From: Nitrosopumilaceae archaeon
GTDB taxonomy: Archaea; Thermoproteota; Nitrososphaeria; Nitrososphaerales; Nitrosopumilaceae
DNA length: 64,000 nucleotides
Assembly (NCBI GenBank): GCA_965208905.1
Contig: OZ242365.1
Span: 1,248,001-1,312,000, forward strand
Direction of reading: 5' to 3'
Shown: positions 49,173 through 60,112 of the stretch, piece after piece
Position numbering within the stretch: the stretch's first letter is position 1
Layout of the letters: every line of letters begins with the position of its first letter
Notes under the pieces: generated by a model
What the model saw: only the letters and a program-made list of their open reading frames with translations
Told to the model about the DNA's origin: nothing
Database searches by the model: none
Made by a program: the position numbers and the translations under genes

Positions 49173-49904
49173 TCATCCTAAAGCGATCAACTCATTTAGT
49201 AGTGGAAAATTAGCTAAATATGCCAGCTGGTTGGTATATACCAATATACCTAGTATTATTATGAATGCACCTAACATTATGGAATAATACTTCAAATGTC
49301 TGCCCATGGCCCGAATTATTCTCTGGGCTCTTGAAAAGAATATGGCCATCAGTATGAATGGAATTCCGAGACTTAGCGAATATACTAATAATAGATTAAA
49401 GGCGATTGCGGGAGTTGTAGCCGCCAATGTTAGAATTGTTCCCAATATTGGACCTACACATGGAGTCCATCCTACAGCAAATGCCAAACCAAACACAAAC
49501 GACAGTGGATATGATGCCTTCTCCCGGCGTACTAGAATCTTTTTTTCCATATTTAATGCATTTATTTTTGTAGAGAGAATTAAAAATGCACCAAAACCGA
49601 TTATTATAATACCGCCTATTTGATTTAATAAATTAATGACCTCTCCGCCTACTCCGACAAATATACTGTTTATGGTCACTCCGATCACGGAAAACACCAC
49701 CGAAAAGCCTAAGACAAAGAATACTGAATTTAATATAATGTTAGTTCTATTGACCACAACCGTACCCTCTTGGGATTTATTGATGTCTGCCAGTGTGGTC
49801 CCTGATATATATGCCAAGAACGCCGGTATCATGGGTAGAATACACGGTGCCCAAAACGAGCCTAGTCCTGCTAATGCTGCTATGGCCAATGTAACTTCTA
49901 CCAT
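49173..49904 (-). CDS. ccdA: CcdA / DsbD-beta membrane protein
   Basis: SFWAPCILP, GWTPCVGPILG. Confidence 0.9.
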   Translation of the reverse strand: MVEVTLAIAALAGLGSFWAPCILPMIPAFLAYISGTTLADINKSQEGTVVVNRTNIILNSVFFVLGFSVVFSVIGVTINSIFVGVGGEVINLLNQIGGIIIIGFGAFLILSTKINALNMEKKILVRREKASYPLSFVFGLAFAVGWTPCVGPILGTILTLAATTPAIAFNLLLVYSLSLGIPFILMAIFFSRAQRIIRAMGRHLKYYSIMLGAFIIILGILVYTNQLAYLANFPLLNELIALG

Positions 49905-49947
49905 GATATTATAACTACTACCTAATGTAAAAACCTACTGCATAATT

Positions 49948-50066
49948 GACAGTGTTTCATAATTCGCATGTCTTTCGACTGCGGATCGGCATCCCGCACG
50001 GTCCGGGATCCACATGGCGGCCGGCCTGTCCAGATTGCGTTAGATCACGAATTATGAAATACTGTC
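49948..50066. mobile_element. 119-bp MITE-like element
   Basis: 19-bp IRs GACAGT(G/A)TTTCATAATTCG (18/19) around a GC-rich core; no clear TSD. Confidence 0.55.
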
Positions 50067-50109
50067 GCTTAATTTTTCAAAGTATTTTATTATACATGGT
50101 AAAAAAATG

Positions 50110-50727
50110 CTATTTTATACCAACAATAAATAGAGTTCCGTGTTCTCTCTTCCATTTAATTGGACTGTCCGGCTGTCGCACCCTATAATACGATGCATCA
50201 AAGCCAGATTTAACAAACATCTCCACCCACTCAGACTCGGAGTGCAGATGCATAGTTATGGGCATCGAGTCCGCCCAACATTTAGTATCTGGATTTTCGG
50301 TATAATAATCTGTACCGCACACAAATCGACCACCTGTAAGTAGCATTGAGTATATCTTTGATATGGACCTTGACACAGATTCAGTATAGTATAATGACTC
50401 CATTGAAAATATCAGGTCAAATGGAGCAGACGTCCATCTATCTAGGGACATGATGTGATATTGCTCATGCGGACGTCTTTGTAATTTTTTGGCATTTTGT
50501 ATCATGAGACTACTTTTATCTATACCTACTGCTCGTGTACAGTGTGGGTTGGCCGCCATGCGCCGCACCACCCATCCGTTTCCACACCCCACATCCATAA
50601 ATGAGAATGATTTATCCATGCGTATTGTATTTAAAATCGCATCTACACTGTATTGGTGTCCTGTCGCCATAGTTTTATCGCGCCCACTAGTGACAAATTC
50701 ATCAAATACCCGGGATATGTCATCCAT
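50110..50727 (-). CDS. Class I SAM-dependent methyltransferase
   Basis: MDVGCGNGW, GIDKS, FSMESLYY. Confidence 0.88.
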   Translation of the reverse strand: MDDISRVFDEFVTSGRDKTMATGHQYSVDAILNTIRMDKSFSFMDVGCGNGWVVRRMAANPHCTRAVGIDKSSLMIQNAKKLQRRPHEQYHIMSLDRWTSAPFDLIFSMESLYYTESVSRSISKIYSMLLTGGRFVCGTDYYTENPDTKCWADSMPITMHLHSESEWVEMFVKSGFDASYYRVRQPDSPIKWKREHGTLFIVGIK

Positions 50728-50768
50728 ACATTTCTGATAATATTGTACTGTATTTTAATTACACAAAT

Positions 50769-51605
50769 TTAAGTTGAAATATGTGGTAACAACGCCTTAT
50801 GAACATCTTGTAGTTCAGTCTGCATCTGTGTAATTATGCGTGATGATATTTTATTGGGAATGGATTGGCGAACCTTTCCTTTCATATACTCTACATCAAA
50901 ACTGCACAAATACCCTTCCTCACCGGTCACTAATCGAGCATCATCTATCATCGTGGGCGTGGTCTGATATGTCTCTATTAGCAGACTGTCTAACTCGTTG
51001 AACAGTTTGGCCTTCTGTTCGTCAAGCTGGCGTATATTACTTCCCCGAATATCATCGGTCTTATCTTCTAAATCTCGACGAAGCTCATCATTTTGATACA
51101 TCTTCTCGAACAATTCCTGAGGTTGCAGCTCCCCATACATGGATATTAGTTTGTCTGCAATTATCTTGTCAGATATTTTTGCAAACTCTGACTCATGCGA
51201 TTTGGTCTTGTCAATTATGCGGGACAACTCCAATTGACAATCTATTACGCGTTGGTCCAGCTTGTAATACAGTAACACATGAAACTGTATGGAGAGGTGG
51301 GCAGATATTATGTAGTTGCCCACCATGGTGCTAAACTTGACAAAGATACGCCGTATATCCTCATTATTGGTGGTGGTGACACCATCACTACTCCATCGCG
51401 GCAAGCGTCCAATAACACCAGCAAATATCTGTTCTATGGGTGCAAGATCAAATGTGGACTGCTCTGTAACTGTGGCATCGCCCAGCATCACAGGCACCTT
51501 TGTCATTGTTACACGATTACTCATTATGGTATTGTATGTTGCACTGATATCTTCTACAATACCAGACAGTTCATCCAACGGACCTGTGGATACTCCTATG
51601 CGCAT
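50769..51605 (-). CDS. Hypothetical coiled-coil protein
   Basis: 278-aa ORF with upstream TATA. Confidence 0.7.
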   Translation of the reverse strand: MRIGVSTGPLDELSGIVEDISATYNTIMSNRVTMTKVPVMLGDATVTEQSTFDLAPIEQIFAGVIGRLPRWSSDGVTTTNNEDIRRIFVKFSTMVGNYIISAHLSIQFHVLLYYKLDQRVIDCQLELSRIIDKTKSHESEFAKISDKIIADKLISMYGELQPQELFEKMYQNDELRRDLEDKTDDIRGSNIRQLDEQKAKLFNELDSLLIETYQTTPTMIDDARLVTGEEGYLCSFDVEYMKGKVRQSIPNKISSRIITQMQTELQDVHKALLPHIST

Positions 51606-51657
51606 ATTCTAACAGTATGCCACTATCTTATATATTGACATCAATATTTTATTTCTC

Positions 51658-51774
51658 GTGACGACAATACGATGCGACCATTGCGGAGGTGAGATATCGT
51701 GTTATTATGACAAGGAATATGAGGGTATCCGCGGCAAATGCAAACGTTGTAAAGTGGATTTTCCATTGGAGTAG
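51658..51774 (+). CDS. 38-aa zinc-finger mini-protein (not in ORF track)
   Basis: MTTIRCDHCGGEISCYYDKEYEGIRGKCKRCKVDFPLE; TTATATA ~24 nt upstream. Confidence 0.7.
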   Translation: MTTIRCDHCGGEISCYYDKEYEGIRGKCKRCKVDFPLE

Positions 51775-51836
51775 ACTGTCAGACTGTATAACCGCATCTA
51801 TAAATTAATTATGAGGTATATTGTATTATCATCAAT

Positions 51837-52820
51837 ATGGCAGGGGACATACAAAACTTGGTTGAGCGGTGCTACAAAACGGCTCATAACAGACAACAGA
51901 TACAGTATAGTGACTTGGAGATGCTCTTTGATATTCCACATGAGTACATACATGTACTGACAAAAGCGGCGGGCAGACTAACTATTGATGCGCAAGGTAA
52001 GTCGGTGGATGTTGAGCAACTGAACAACATAAAGAAGAACGCATGCAGTGAGGACTGCTCATTCTGTGGACAGTCTGCGTTCTTTGACACCGGCATAGAG
52101 ACGTATAGCCTACCACCATCCGAACAGATACTATCTGATGCGCAGAGGGCAAAGGAGCAAGGAGCCTCATCATACTGTCTGGTGGCGGCCTGGAGAGAAC
52201 CACCTTTGAGGGACTTTGAACGAATATGTGATATAGTAAGAAAAATACGTCAGGAAGTTGACATATCTGTGGAGTGTAGTCTGGGTTTTCTCACTGAACA
52301 ACAGGCTCGGGCTCTCAAAGAGGCGGGTGTCAAAAGATATAATCACAATCTTGAGACGGCGCCATCAAAGTTTCCTGATATATGTACAACACATACATTT
52401 CAAGATAGGGTAAATACACTAAATGTTGCCCGAGAAGCGGGTTTGGAACTGTGTACTGGCGGCATAATTGGTCTGGGGGAGAGCCGTCAACAAAGAATGG
52501 AGTTGTCTTGGGAGATAAATAAATTAAATCCTGAAGAAGTAACCATAAATATTTTAGTACCAATACCCGGGACTCCTTTGGAGCTGCAGACTCCCTTATC
52601 ACAATACGAGATAGCTAGAATGTTTGCTGTGCTGAGATTATTACTGCCAGACTCAATCATAAAGATATCTGGTGGCCGGGAACGCGCCACAAATGATTCT
52701 GGCGAGTCCCTCCTACTTGGAGGCGCTAATGGAATTATTACCAACGGATACCTGACCATGCCCGGCAACAGTTCGGATAATGATGTATCCATGATACGAC
52801 GCGCTGGACTTGAAGCATAA
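51837..52820 (+). CDS. bioB: Biotin synthase
   Basis: CSEDCSFCGQS, YNHNLET, CTGGIIGLGE, GGRE. Confidence 0.95.
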   Translation: MAGDIQNLVERCYKTAHNRQQIQYSDLEMLFDIPHEYIHVLTKAAGRLTIDAQGKSVDVEQLNNIKKNACSEDCSFCGQSAFFDTGIETYSLPPSEQILSDAQRAKEQGASSYCLVAAWREPPLRDFERICDIVRKIRQEVDISVECSLGFLTEQQARALKEAGVKRYNHNLETAPSKFPDICTTHTFQDRVNTLNVAREAGLELCTGGIIGLGESRQQRMELSWEINKLNPEEVTINILVPIPGTPLELQTPLSQYEIARMFAVLRLLLPDSIIKISGGRERATNDSGESLLLGGANGIITNGYLTMPGNSSDNDVSMIRRAGLEA

Positions 52821-53928
52821 TCTGTCCCATCTGGGACCTCATCTGAATAATTTAAGATATAATGGAATATATCGTACACTACAACATGGACAAACCAAAG
52901 GAACTCGTATTATAATAGATGGAAAGAGTATGATAAATTTAGGTTCCAACAATTATCTGGGAATATCATTAAATGATGATATTGGTGAACATTCGTCCAG
53001 TTCTAGATTGATATCTGGCAACCACACATCATATGATACACTTGAAAACATATTGGCATCGAATCATTCTCATGAACGGGCACTTGTATATCCAACTGGA
53101 TACATGGCAGTGTTAGGTGCGATCACATCTTTGGGCGCATCAAACTGTACCATACTCAGCGATCAACTAAATCATGCTAGTATAATAGATGGTTGTAGGC
53201 TGTCTAATAGTAAAATTCGTATATTTGAGCATAATGATATGGATGATCTACGAATCAAAATACGTGATATCGATACTGAGGATATACTGATAGTTACTGA
53301 GGGGATATTTAGTATGGACGGCGACTACTCTTTGCTACCAGAGATTGTGGAGGTGGCAGAAGAACATAACGCATTCATATTGTTGGATGATGCTCATGGG
53401 GACTTTGTGGTGGGGAATGGACATGGAACAGCTGCTGAACTCTCGGTGGAGGGTACCATATATGCCACGGTAAGTAGTCTGAGTAAAGGGTTGGGGGCTC
53501 TTGGTGGCTATGTCTCTAGCAATAACGAAGTTGCAGATGTTCAGGTGAATAGTTCTAGACCATTTGTATATACATCCGCCTTGCCACAGGGCCTCATATG
53601 TAATGCCATAAGAAGACTGGAGATGGACTTGGATCTACGCCGACAGCAACTATGCCGCAACGTACGTCGATTAAGCAAGGGTTTGGAGAGTCTGGGGCTG
53701 TGTTCTGGAAGCCAGTCTCATATAATACCAATAGTGATCGGAGATGAACAACGTGCAGTTAGATTTGCAGAAAAGTTGGCTGCCTCGGGCATATATGCAA
53801 AAGCCATACGATACCCCACTGTGCCATACAACTCGGCAAGAATTCGAGTATCTGTTACGGCAACCATGTCCGACCAAGATATGGAAGATATACTGTCGGG
53901 TTTTGAGTCTGCTCAGAGATTAACGTAA
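52810..53928 (+). CDS. bioF: 8-amino-7-oxononanoate synthase
   Basis: SNNYLG, SDQLNHASIIDG, FSMDG, DDAHG, SLSKGLG, IRYPTVP. Confidence 0.9.
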   Translation: MKHNLSHLGPHLNNLRYNGIYRTLQHGQTKGTRIIIDGKSMINLGSNNYLGISLNDDIGEHSSSSRLISGNHTSYDTLENILASNHSHERALVYPTGYMAVLGAITSLGASNCTILSDQLNHASIIDGCRLSNSKIRIFEHNDMDDLRIKIRDIDTEDILIVTEGIFSMDGDYSLLPEIVEVAEEHNAFILLDDAHGDFVVGNGHGTAAELSVEGTIYATVSSLSKGLGALGGYVSSNNEVADVQVNSSRPFVYTSALPQGLICNAIRRLEMDLDLRRQQLCRNVRRLSKGLESLGLCSGSQSHIIPIVIGDEQRAVRFAEKLAASGIYAKAIRYPTVPYNSARIRVSVTATMSDQDMEDILSGFESAQRLT

Positions 53929-54036
53929 CTGATCAAAGTTACCAAACATGGGAGAACCCACAAAGAATGCTGCCACAATTATTGCGCCTAGCACCACGCC
54001 AATTATAATAAACCGCTTATTCAATAATATTGCCAT
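53920..54036 (-). CDS. 38-aa membrane peptide (not in ORF track)
   Basis: MAILLNKRFIIIGVVLGAIIVAAFFVGSPMFGNFDQLR. Confidence 0.5.
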   Translation of the reverse strand: MAILLNKRFIIIGVVLGAIIVAAFFVGSPMFGNFDQLR

Positions 54037-54105
54037 TTAATTGCTAAAATAAAACGTTTCTATGACAGCAATATCTATTTAGCAAGCTAACTTATACATC
54101 ATGTA

Positions 54106-54765
54106 ATGCCGCAGATTGGTGAAAAGGCTCCCGAACTTGCTATATCTGAGTGGGTACAGGGACTCCCCACTACTTTTGCCGACGAGAGGGATCATGTAGT
54201 CTTAGTGGAGGTCTTTCAGGTGAACTGCCCGGGCTGTTTTCTGTACGGAATACCCGAGGCAATAAACATATACAACCAATATGCTGATGATGGTATTCGT
54301 GTAATGGGTGTAGCTACTGCCTTTGAAGATTATGACAAGAACACGTTAGAGAATTTACATGCCCTAGCAGAGCATGGGACCGTTATAGGTGAGACTCACC
54401 GTGCACTAAAACAGTACGGACAACTAGAGAACGGCACCCTTCCTTACAAGATCCCCTTTCCATTGGGTATGGATGAGTTGACACGGGTCAATGGGCAGGT
54501 GAGTGATGATTATATAATGGCATACATCAAAGCTCAACTTCCAGACTTTGATAATGAGAGTTTAAGTCGTCGTCAGGATATAATACAGAGAGTTCGAAAC
54601 TATATGTCGACAAAAGAGTACTCGGCCAAAACATTTGAGATGTATGCACTGCGCGGAACACCATCTACAATACTGATTGACCGGCGGGGTATACTTCGTG
54701 ATGTCGCTTTTGGACAGACTGGTACAATAGAGAGCAAAGTTGTAAAACTTCTTCAAGAAGACTAG
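54106..54765 (+). CDS. Thioredoxin-like (TlpA/redoxin) protein
   Basis: FQVNCPGC, LRGTPSTILID. Confidence 0.82.
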   Translation: MPQIGEKAPELAISEWVQGLPTTFADERDHVVLVEVFQVNCPGCFLYGIPEAINIYNQYADDGIRVMGVATAFEDYDKNTLENLHALAEHGTVIGETHRALKQYGQLENGTLPYKIPFPLGMDELTRVNGQVSDDYIMAYIKAQLPDFDNESLSRRQDIIQRVRNYMSTKEYSAKTFEMYALRGTPSTILIDRRGILRDVAFGQTGTIESKVVKLLQED

Positions 54766-54877
54766 TGCTCCAATGCATCCTATTGTATATAATATCATAA
54801 ACCTCCAAATTTTACTACGACATCGCAATCTGTTCATGATACAATTCTGGTAAACCTTGACTCTTGCCTGGAAAGCC

Positions 54878-55330
54878 CTATTTCATAGAAAATCGTTTTT
54901 TCATGCTGGGGTCTTTGTATATTCGAGGGTGCATTACATCAGCCAATATCACCTCAAACCAATAATGCACTCCGTCTTTGTAAACAAAGTATGAGCCTAC
55001 CAGACGCATATTGGGATATCTCTCTAGGACTCTATTTTCGGCGACTGTGCGCATGTTGATGGCAGCCTTTATTTTGGTCACACCAAGATGTTTGGGCCTA
55101 CGGCCTCCCTGAGGCCTCTTCTTTCGCATACCACCGGTACCAACCCTCATTCTAACTACTACGATTCCTTGTTTGGCTTTATAGCCCAAACGTCGGGCCC
55201 GCTCTATTCTACTGGGACGGTCTATTCGTGTAATGGCGTTCTGTTTTCTCCAAGACACAATTCGCTGCCTAATGTCTAGCGAATTCTTTCGCCATAACTG
55301 TACCCATTGTGCGTCTTGATGGTTTACCAT
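54878..55330 (-). CDS. rpl15e: 50S ribosomal protein L15e
   Basis: ARRLGYKAKQG, RRPKHLG, WFEVIL.D. Confidence 0.95.
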   Translation of the reverse strand: MVNHQDAQWVQLWRKNSLDIRQRIVSWRKQNAITRIDRPSRIERARRLGYKAKQGIVVVRMRVGTGGMRKKRPQGGRRPKHLGVTKIKAAINMRTVAENRVLERYPNMRLVGSYFVYKDGVHYWFEVILADVMHPRIYKDPSMKKRFSMK

Positions 55331-55644
55331 ATACGCAGTACAGTAAAACCCCCTTTATTAACTAGTACTTTGGTGAATCCGATACTACTAAAGTTCACGT
55401 ATCCAAAAACCCAAAGTAAATGTTGAGGATTGGTATGTTTGATCATGATGTGCACCACATTCTAAACTGTGTAATTTGAGAGTGCATAATCCGTAGAATG
55501 TCTAGACTAATGTCAGTTTTTGGCATATGCGACTTGTATAACTTTGATGTATCATAGACGGGAGTCAGGTGATGTTGGTTGATTGCCTAGTTTGATGGAC
55601 AGTTTAGATGCAAGATGTAGATTCTTTTTTAAATTGGCTTTGTA

Positions 55645-56271
55645 ATGTATGTTAAAATGGTAATTCAATACATGTTTATTTTGATTCTGTGTATATCTGG
55701 TATATCTTATGCGTTTGCTGAACCATTGATGGTATACACGGATAAGCAGATATACAATCATGGTGATCATATCGTAATAACCATAACTGTTCAGGACGTA
55801 ACTGGAAACAACGCCATCATGTATATTCGAGACTCTTACAACGTGACTAGCTCACCCATCCCCATACCTGTATCTGACAGTAACACCGTGTGGTCAGCAC
55901 CATTTCCGTTTGAGCGTGAAGTATTCGCCGAAGATACATATCATGTCGATGTGACATATGGAGACTTGTTTGCCAGTACATCATTTCAGATAGTGGATAT
56001 TGGTAATGTTGTAGTTCCGATATGGGTAAAACAAGTAGCATACTTATGGGCAAATGGTGAGGTCTCTACTTCTCATTACATTGATGCCCTCGAAAATTTA
56101 CAAAACCTTGGCATAATGCAGACTAGCAGTGATTATTATGAGGATGATCCATTCATACCATATTGGTTAAGCGGTATAACCATGTGGTGGCTAGGTGGGC
56201 TGGTTAGCGATGATGAGTATGTTACAATGATGCAATACTTGGCCAATAATGGTATAATTCACGGTCTATGA
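55645..56271 (+). CDS. Secreted protein with thaumarchaeal PxW surface repeats
   Basis: Signal peptide; [15 protein letters not shown] and [19 protein letters not shown] repeats. Confidence 0.7.
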   Translation: MYVKMVIQYMFILILCISGISYAFAEPLMVYTDKQIYNHGDHIVITITVQDVTGNNAIMYIRDSYNVTSSPIPIPVSDSNTVWSAPFPFEREVFAEDTYHVDVTYGDLFASTSFQIVDIGNVVVPIWVKQVAYLWANGEVSTSHYIDALENLQNLGIMQTSSDYYEDDPFIPYWLSGITMWWLGGLVSDDEYVTMMQYLANNGIIHGL

Positions 56272-57186
56272 ACTTTTTTGTCTATTTCTATATCTGTTGC
56301 GCAGTCTACCAGGTAGCCAGAGTACTAACAGAATGCCCACGGCTAGTGAGAACCCTGCCGTAGCTGCAACTCCAAGTTGCAGTCCAGCACCCTGAGTTTT
56401 ATACTCCACAGCACCACTTGTAGTGGGAGTTGTTCCACCTGATGATGTGGCTACACATTGATTATCAACAAGAGTTGTACCTGGACCACATGTCAACTCT
56501 TTTTGTACACATTGACCATCCATGACTTCTGCACCACTTGGACACTCTAGTGTTACTGCATCTGCTAAGGCCTGATACTCTGATTCTGTTATGCCCAAAC
56601 CTTCGTAGAATGGTATATCTGAATAGTACTCGTTGTACCACGCAGTAAATGTATTATCATTCAGATATCTGTCTACGTATGTACTCAACTCCACACCAGG
56701 CTCGACAAAGCTTAACGGTCCAACATCCATGGCAGTATCGGTTATTGCAGGCGATATTGTAATCGGCTCTACTACAGCCGGCTCTACCACAACAGATTCT
56801 ACGTCGGACATGCCTGTAGATTCAACTACAAAGACTAGACCAGTTAGAGTTAACGTAACTTCGCCGATGGGGACATTTATCTGCAATGTAGTATCCGTAT
56901 CAGATTGGTCTTGCTCAAACTCTACCGAAGTACCATCAACAAGAGCATCAAAACTATCTCCCAGCATTAACAGGGAGTTGTCCATAGTTATTGTGATTGT
57001 CTCATCATAGGTTAACAGATCAAAGACTACCATATCCTCAAAGTCATCAACCGTGACAGATATGGTATCGCCACCATCCAGCATAATGCCGGGTACCTCT
57101 TGAGCCATCACATCGCCAACAACTACAGTGGAGATCCCGATCAAGAGTAAGAGTACGGCTGATTGTAACTTTGCGTTATTCAACAT
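56266..57186 (-). CDS. Cell-surface protein (signal peptide and C-terminal TM)
   Basis: Acidic body, YVDRY motif, [14 protein letters not shown] plus basic tail. Confidence 0.7.
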   Translation of the reverse strand: MLNNAKLQSAVLLLLIGISTVVVGDVMAQEVPGIMLDGGDTISVTVDDFEDMVVFDLLTYDETITITMDNSLLMLGDSFDALVDGTSVEFEQDQSDTDTTLQINVPIGEVTLTLTGLVFVVESTGMSDVESVVVEPAVVEPITISPAITDTAMDVGPLSFVEPGVELSTYVDRYLNDNTFTAWYNEYYSDIPFYEGLGITESEYQALADAVTLECPSGAEVMDGQCVQKELTCGPGTTLVDNQCVATSSGGTTPTTSGAVEYKTQGAGLQLGVAATAGFSLAVGILLVLWLPGRLRNRYRNRQKSS

Positions 57187-57226
57187 ATGGCATACAAACT
57201 TCCTAAATTAAAACGATTACTAAACA

Positions 57227-58153
57227 TTAAATTACTCCACGTTCAATTTGAACCAATTTTTCTGCTATTACGTGGGCCGCTAACTTTTGTGCTTCGACAG
57301 TCTGTGCCCCCAAGTGAGGAGTCATTACTACATTATCGAGATTAGATAGTGGCGTATTGTCGGGAGGTTCGGTCTCAAAGACATCAAGTGCCGCGCCACC
57401 CAAATCTCCATTCTTTAATGCTGTATATAGGGCCGCCTCGTCAATTATTCCGCCTCGAGATGTGTTTATTAGACAAGCCGTCTTCTTCATTAGAGACAAC
57501 TTTTCGGCATTTATCATGTATCTGGTAGATTCTAGCAGTGGTACATGCAACGACACATAATCTGAACTCTGCAAGAGGGTACCCAGATCAGTCTTTATCA
57601 ATCCCACCTCCTGCACAAACTCGGGATTGATTGGTACTACATCATATCCAATGATATTCATGTTGAATGCTCGAGCCAACCGACCCAGTCGTTGCCCAAT
57701 ATTTCCCAAACCAACAATTCCTAAATACTTGCCTTTCAACTCGGTCCCCTTGAGACCCTTCTTCTCCCACACTCCTTCTCGCATGGTTCTATCTGCCCGG
57801 GGTACATGTCTGGCCAGAGACAGCATCAATGACATCACCAGCTCAGCTACTGCATTCATGGCGCCCTCTGCGGCGTTTATAACACGTATTCCCTTTAACT
57901 TTGCAGCTTCTTGATCAATATTATCCAAGCCAACCCCTACACGAGCTATAATTTTGCAGTCTTTGGCGGAGTCTATTATCTCGGCAGTTACTTTAGTCCT
58001 GCTGCGGACCACTAGGGTATCATACTGTTTTGCAATGCGCAATAGTTCATCCTGAGTTACTTCGGGCTTGTAGTTGACTTCCATCCCGTTATCCTTTAGG
58101 ATTTTTGGTAGTATGCCATCCACAGCATCACACACCAACACCCTCTGTGCCAT
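57227..58153 (-). CDS. serA: D-3-phosphoglycerate dehydrogenase
   Basis: ARVGVGLDNID, GLGNIG, INTSRGG, LDVFETEP, TPHLGAQT. Confidence 0.88.
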   Translation of the reverse strand: MAQRVLVCDAVDGILPKILKDNGMEVNYKPEVTQDELLRIAKQYDTLVVRSRTKVTAEIIDSAKDCKIIARVGVGLDNIDQEAAKLKGIRVINAAEGAMNAVAELVMSLMLSLARHVPRADRTMREGVWEKKGLKGTELKGKYLGIVGLGNIGQRLGRLARAFNMNIIGYDVVPINPEFVQEVGLIKTDLGTLLQSSDYVSLHVPLLESTRYMINAEKLSLMKKTACLINTSRGGIIDEAALYTALKNGDLGGAALDVFETEPPDNTPLSNLDNVVMTPHLGAQTVEAQKLAAHVIAEKLVQIERGVI

Positions 58154-58305
58154 GAATTGCGTGTATAGTACACCTCATATATGGATATTGGGTAAATCTC
58201 TGATATGTCGTACCCAGACCTTTTGTGGTGCCAAAGAGTTGCATATACTGTTGATAGGGACTGCAACAATAAAGCATATTCAAAAAATGAAAATAAAAAA
58301 AGTTT

Positions 58306-59694
58306 CTAAGATGGTAATCCTAAGCTTTCAAAGGCTGTCCAAAGAGCAATTGCTCCTTCGTCAATCTTTTGCTGAGCAGCTTCGTCAGTGTACAATCCGT
58401 GTACGTTTATTGCTGGATGAGCAATGCTGTTCATGCCCATGGGTGGAACCGCATCACTGGGGTTGCCTATTGCATAAGCATAAGATGGTCCTGTACCCAA
58501 CCCTGCACCTTCAAGTGTCGGGTTTAGGCCAAAGTAGTCCCCAGCCACAAACACTGTGGCAGCTCCGGTGTAGATTGCAGCATAATCGTGGTTGACTGCG
58601 GCATATGTACCAGGTTCATCAAAGACAAGATCTACGATCATGTTCTGTGAACCGCCCAATAACCATGTCTCAGTTGCAGCCGACTGTACTCTGTTGCCTT
58701 GTATCACTCTGTCTAGTATCTCACCCACTATGTGGAAGTATACTGGCTCATTGCCTTGGTTCTCTACGAAGATTCTTACGTGTTGGTCAGTCTCAACATA
58801 CAGTAACTGGGATTGATACTGCTTAAACTCAGACTCATTCCATGGCTGAGCCACGAATATGTTTGAGTTTGCGTCACCCTTGATCAAGTAGTTATGAACT
58901 CCGTTGGGCACATACCCAAATTGCATGCCGTTAACAACGGTTGCAGTGTTTTGGTGTTTGTGCATTGCAACTGCATCATATGTACCTGCATCAGTAAGGT
59001 ATAGTTGGTTATACTGTAGTTGGAACTCCAATGCATCAGCACTGTAGTACTGTCTATCTAGAACAACTTCTCCGTTTTCGACTTTGGTCTTTTCTACCAT
59101 TAATCTGTCGTAGCCGTCAATTGGATCAACAATTGCTATACCATACATACCAGACAGTACGTGCTGGTCCATGGCTAACAAGTCTACACCAGAACAGTGA
59201 TACTTGAAGACACCTGCAGATTCGGCAATGTAGCAGTAGGTAGCAGACTCACCTGGTTGTACTGCGCCAAAGTAGGCAGAGGACATCTGAGATGAGTGCA
59301 TGTCGTTACCGTGTGCGGTCATTTCCTCAGCTGGTATTGTGAGTGTCATCTTTACAACATCACCTTGTGTAACACGAAGCGTTGGTCCTGGTACTTGACC
59401 ATTAAAGACCATGGCATAGTACTCACCACCACCCATTATTGGCAACATTACAGATTCGCCAATTAGGTTAAACTCTACCACGTTACGGCCACTATTCTCC
59501 AATGCACCGCAGTCTGTTTCGGCAAATGCTTCTGGCATTACCAATTGAAGACCGCCCATGGCATGGATTTGTTCAATAATAGGATCGACTTCCATGGCTT
59601 GTAGTTGAGATGTACTATAGTTACTACCAAGTAATATTGCTCCAACAATGGCGACTGTTGCCACTGAAAGAATTAAACTAGTAGTCTTTTTCAT
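58306..59694 (-). CDS. nirK: Copper-containing nitrite reductase (AOA type)
   Basis: HGNDMH, KYHCSG...HVLSGMYG, YFHIVGEILD, AAVNHD. Confidence 0.9.
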   Translation of the reverse strand: MKKTTSLILSVATVAIVGAILLGSNYSTSQLQAMEVDPIIEQIHAMGGLQLVMPEAFAETDCGALENSGRNVVEFNLIGESVMLPIMGGGEYYAMVFNGQVPGPTLRVTQGDVVKMTLTIPAEEMTAHGNDMHSSQMSSAYFGAVQPGESATYCYIAESAGVFKYHCSGVDLLAMDQHVLSGMYGIAIVDPIDGYDRLMVEKTKVENGEVVLDRQYYSADALEFQLQYNQLYLTDAGTYDAVAMHKHQNTATVVNGMQFGYVPNGVHNYLIKGDANSNIFVAQPWNESEFKQYQSQLLYVETDQHVRIFVENQGNEPVYFHIVGEILDRVIQGNRVQSAATETWLLGGSQNMIVDLVFDEPGTYAAVNHDYAAIYTGAATVFVAGDYFGLNPTLEGAGLGTGPSYAYAIGNPSDAVPPMGMNSIAHPAINVHGLYTDEAAQQKIDEGAIALWTAFESLGLPS

Positions 59695-60112
59695 TGCGTA
59701 TAAAGCAATATTGTAATTATATATTTGTTTATCGTATCAACATTTGTTGGTGCAAAAGTCGTACTTATCAGAGTGACCCACCACAGTATATTGTCTCTTA
59801 TTGGTGCTTTTGGCTCCGCCTATGCCTAGCTTGAAGATCAATTTTATTTTAGTATATTTAAGGTAAGACCTGAAAATTTTTCTGATTTAGGATGTCAATG
59901 AGTATATCCTCACACTATGTGTATGCCTATCTAAATCAGAAGTGATTGCAGTCCAAGTCTGCACCTGAGGTCTGCGTAAGTTGTAACAATGATGGTTGTG
60001 ACCTGACATATGATATCTTAATTATGTGAGCAGTTGGATTATTCGTATCTTAGATTTGAAGTGTACGCGATACAACTACAAATTCAAATAATGGAATATG
60101 TCATGCAAAACA

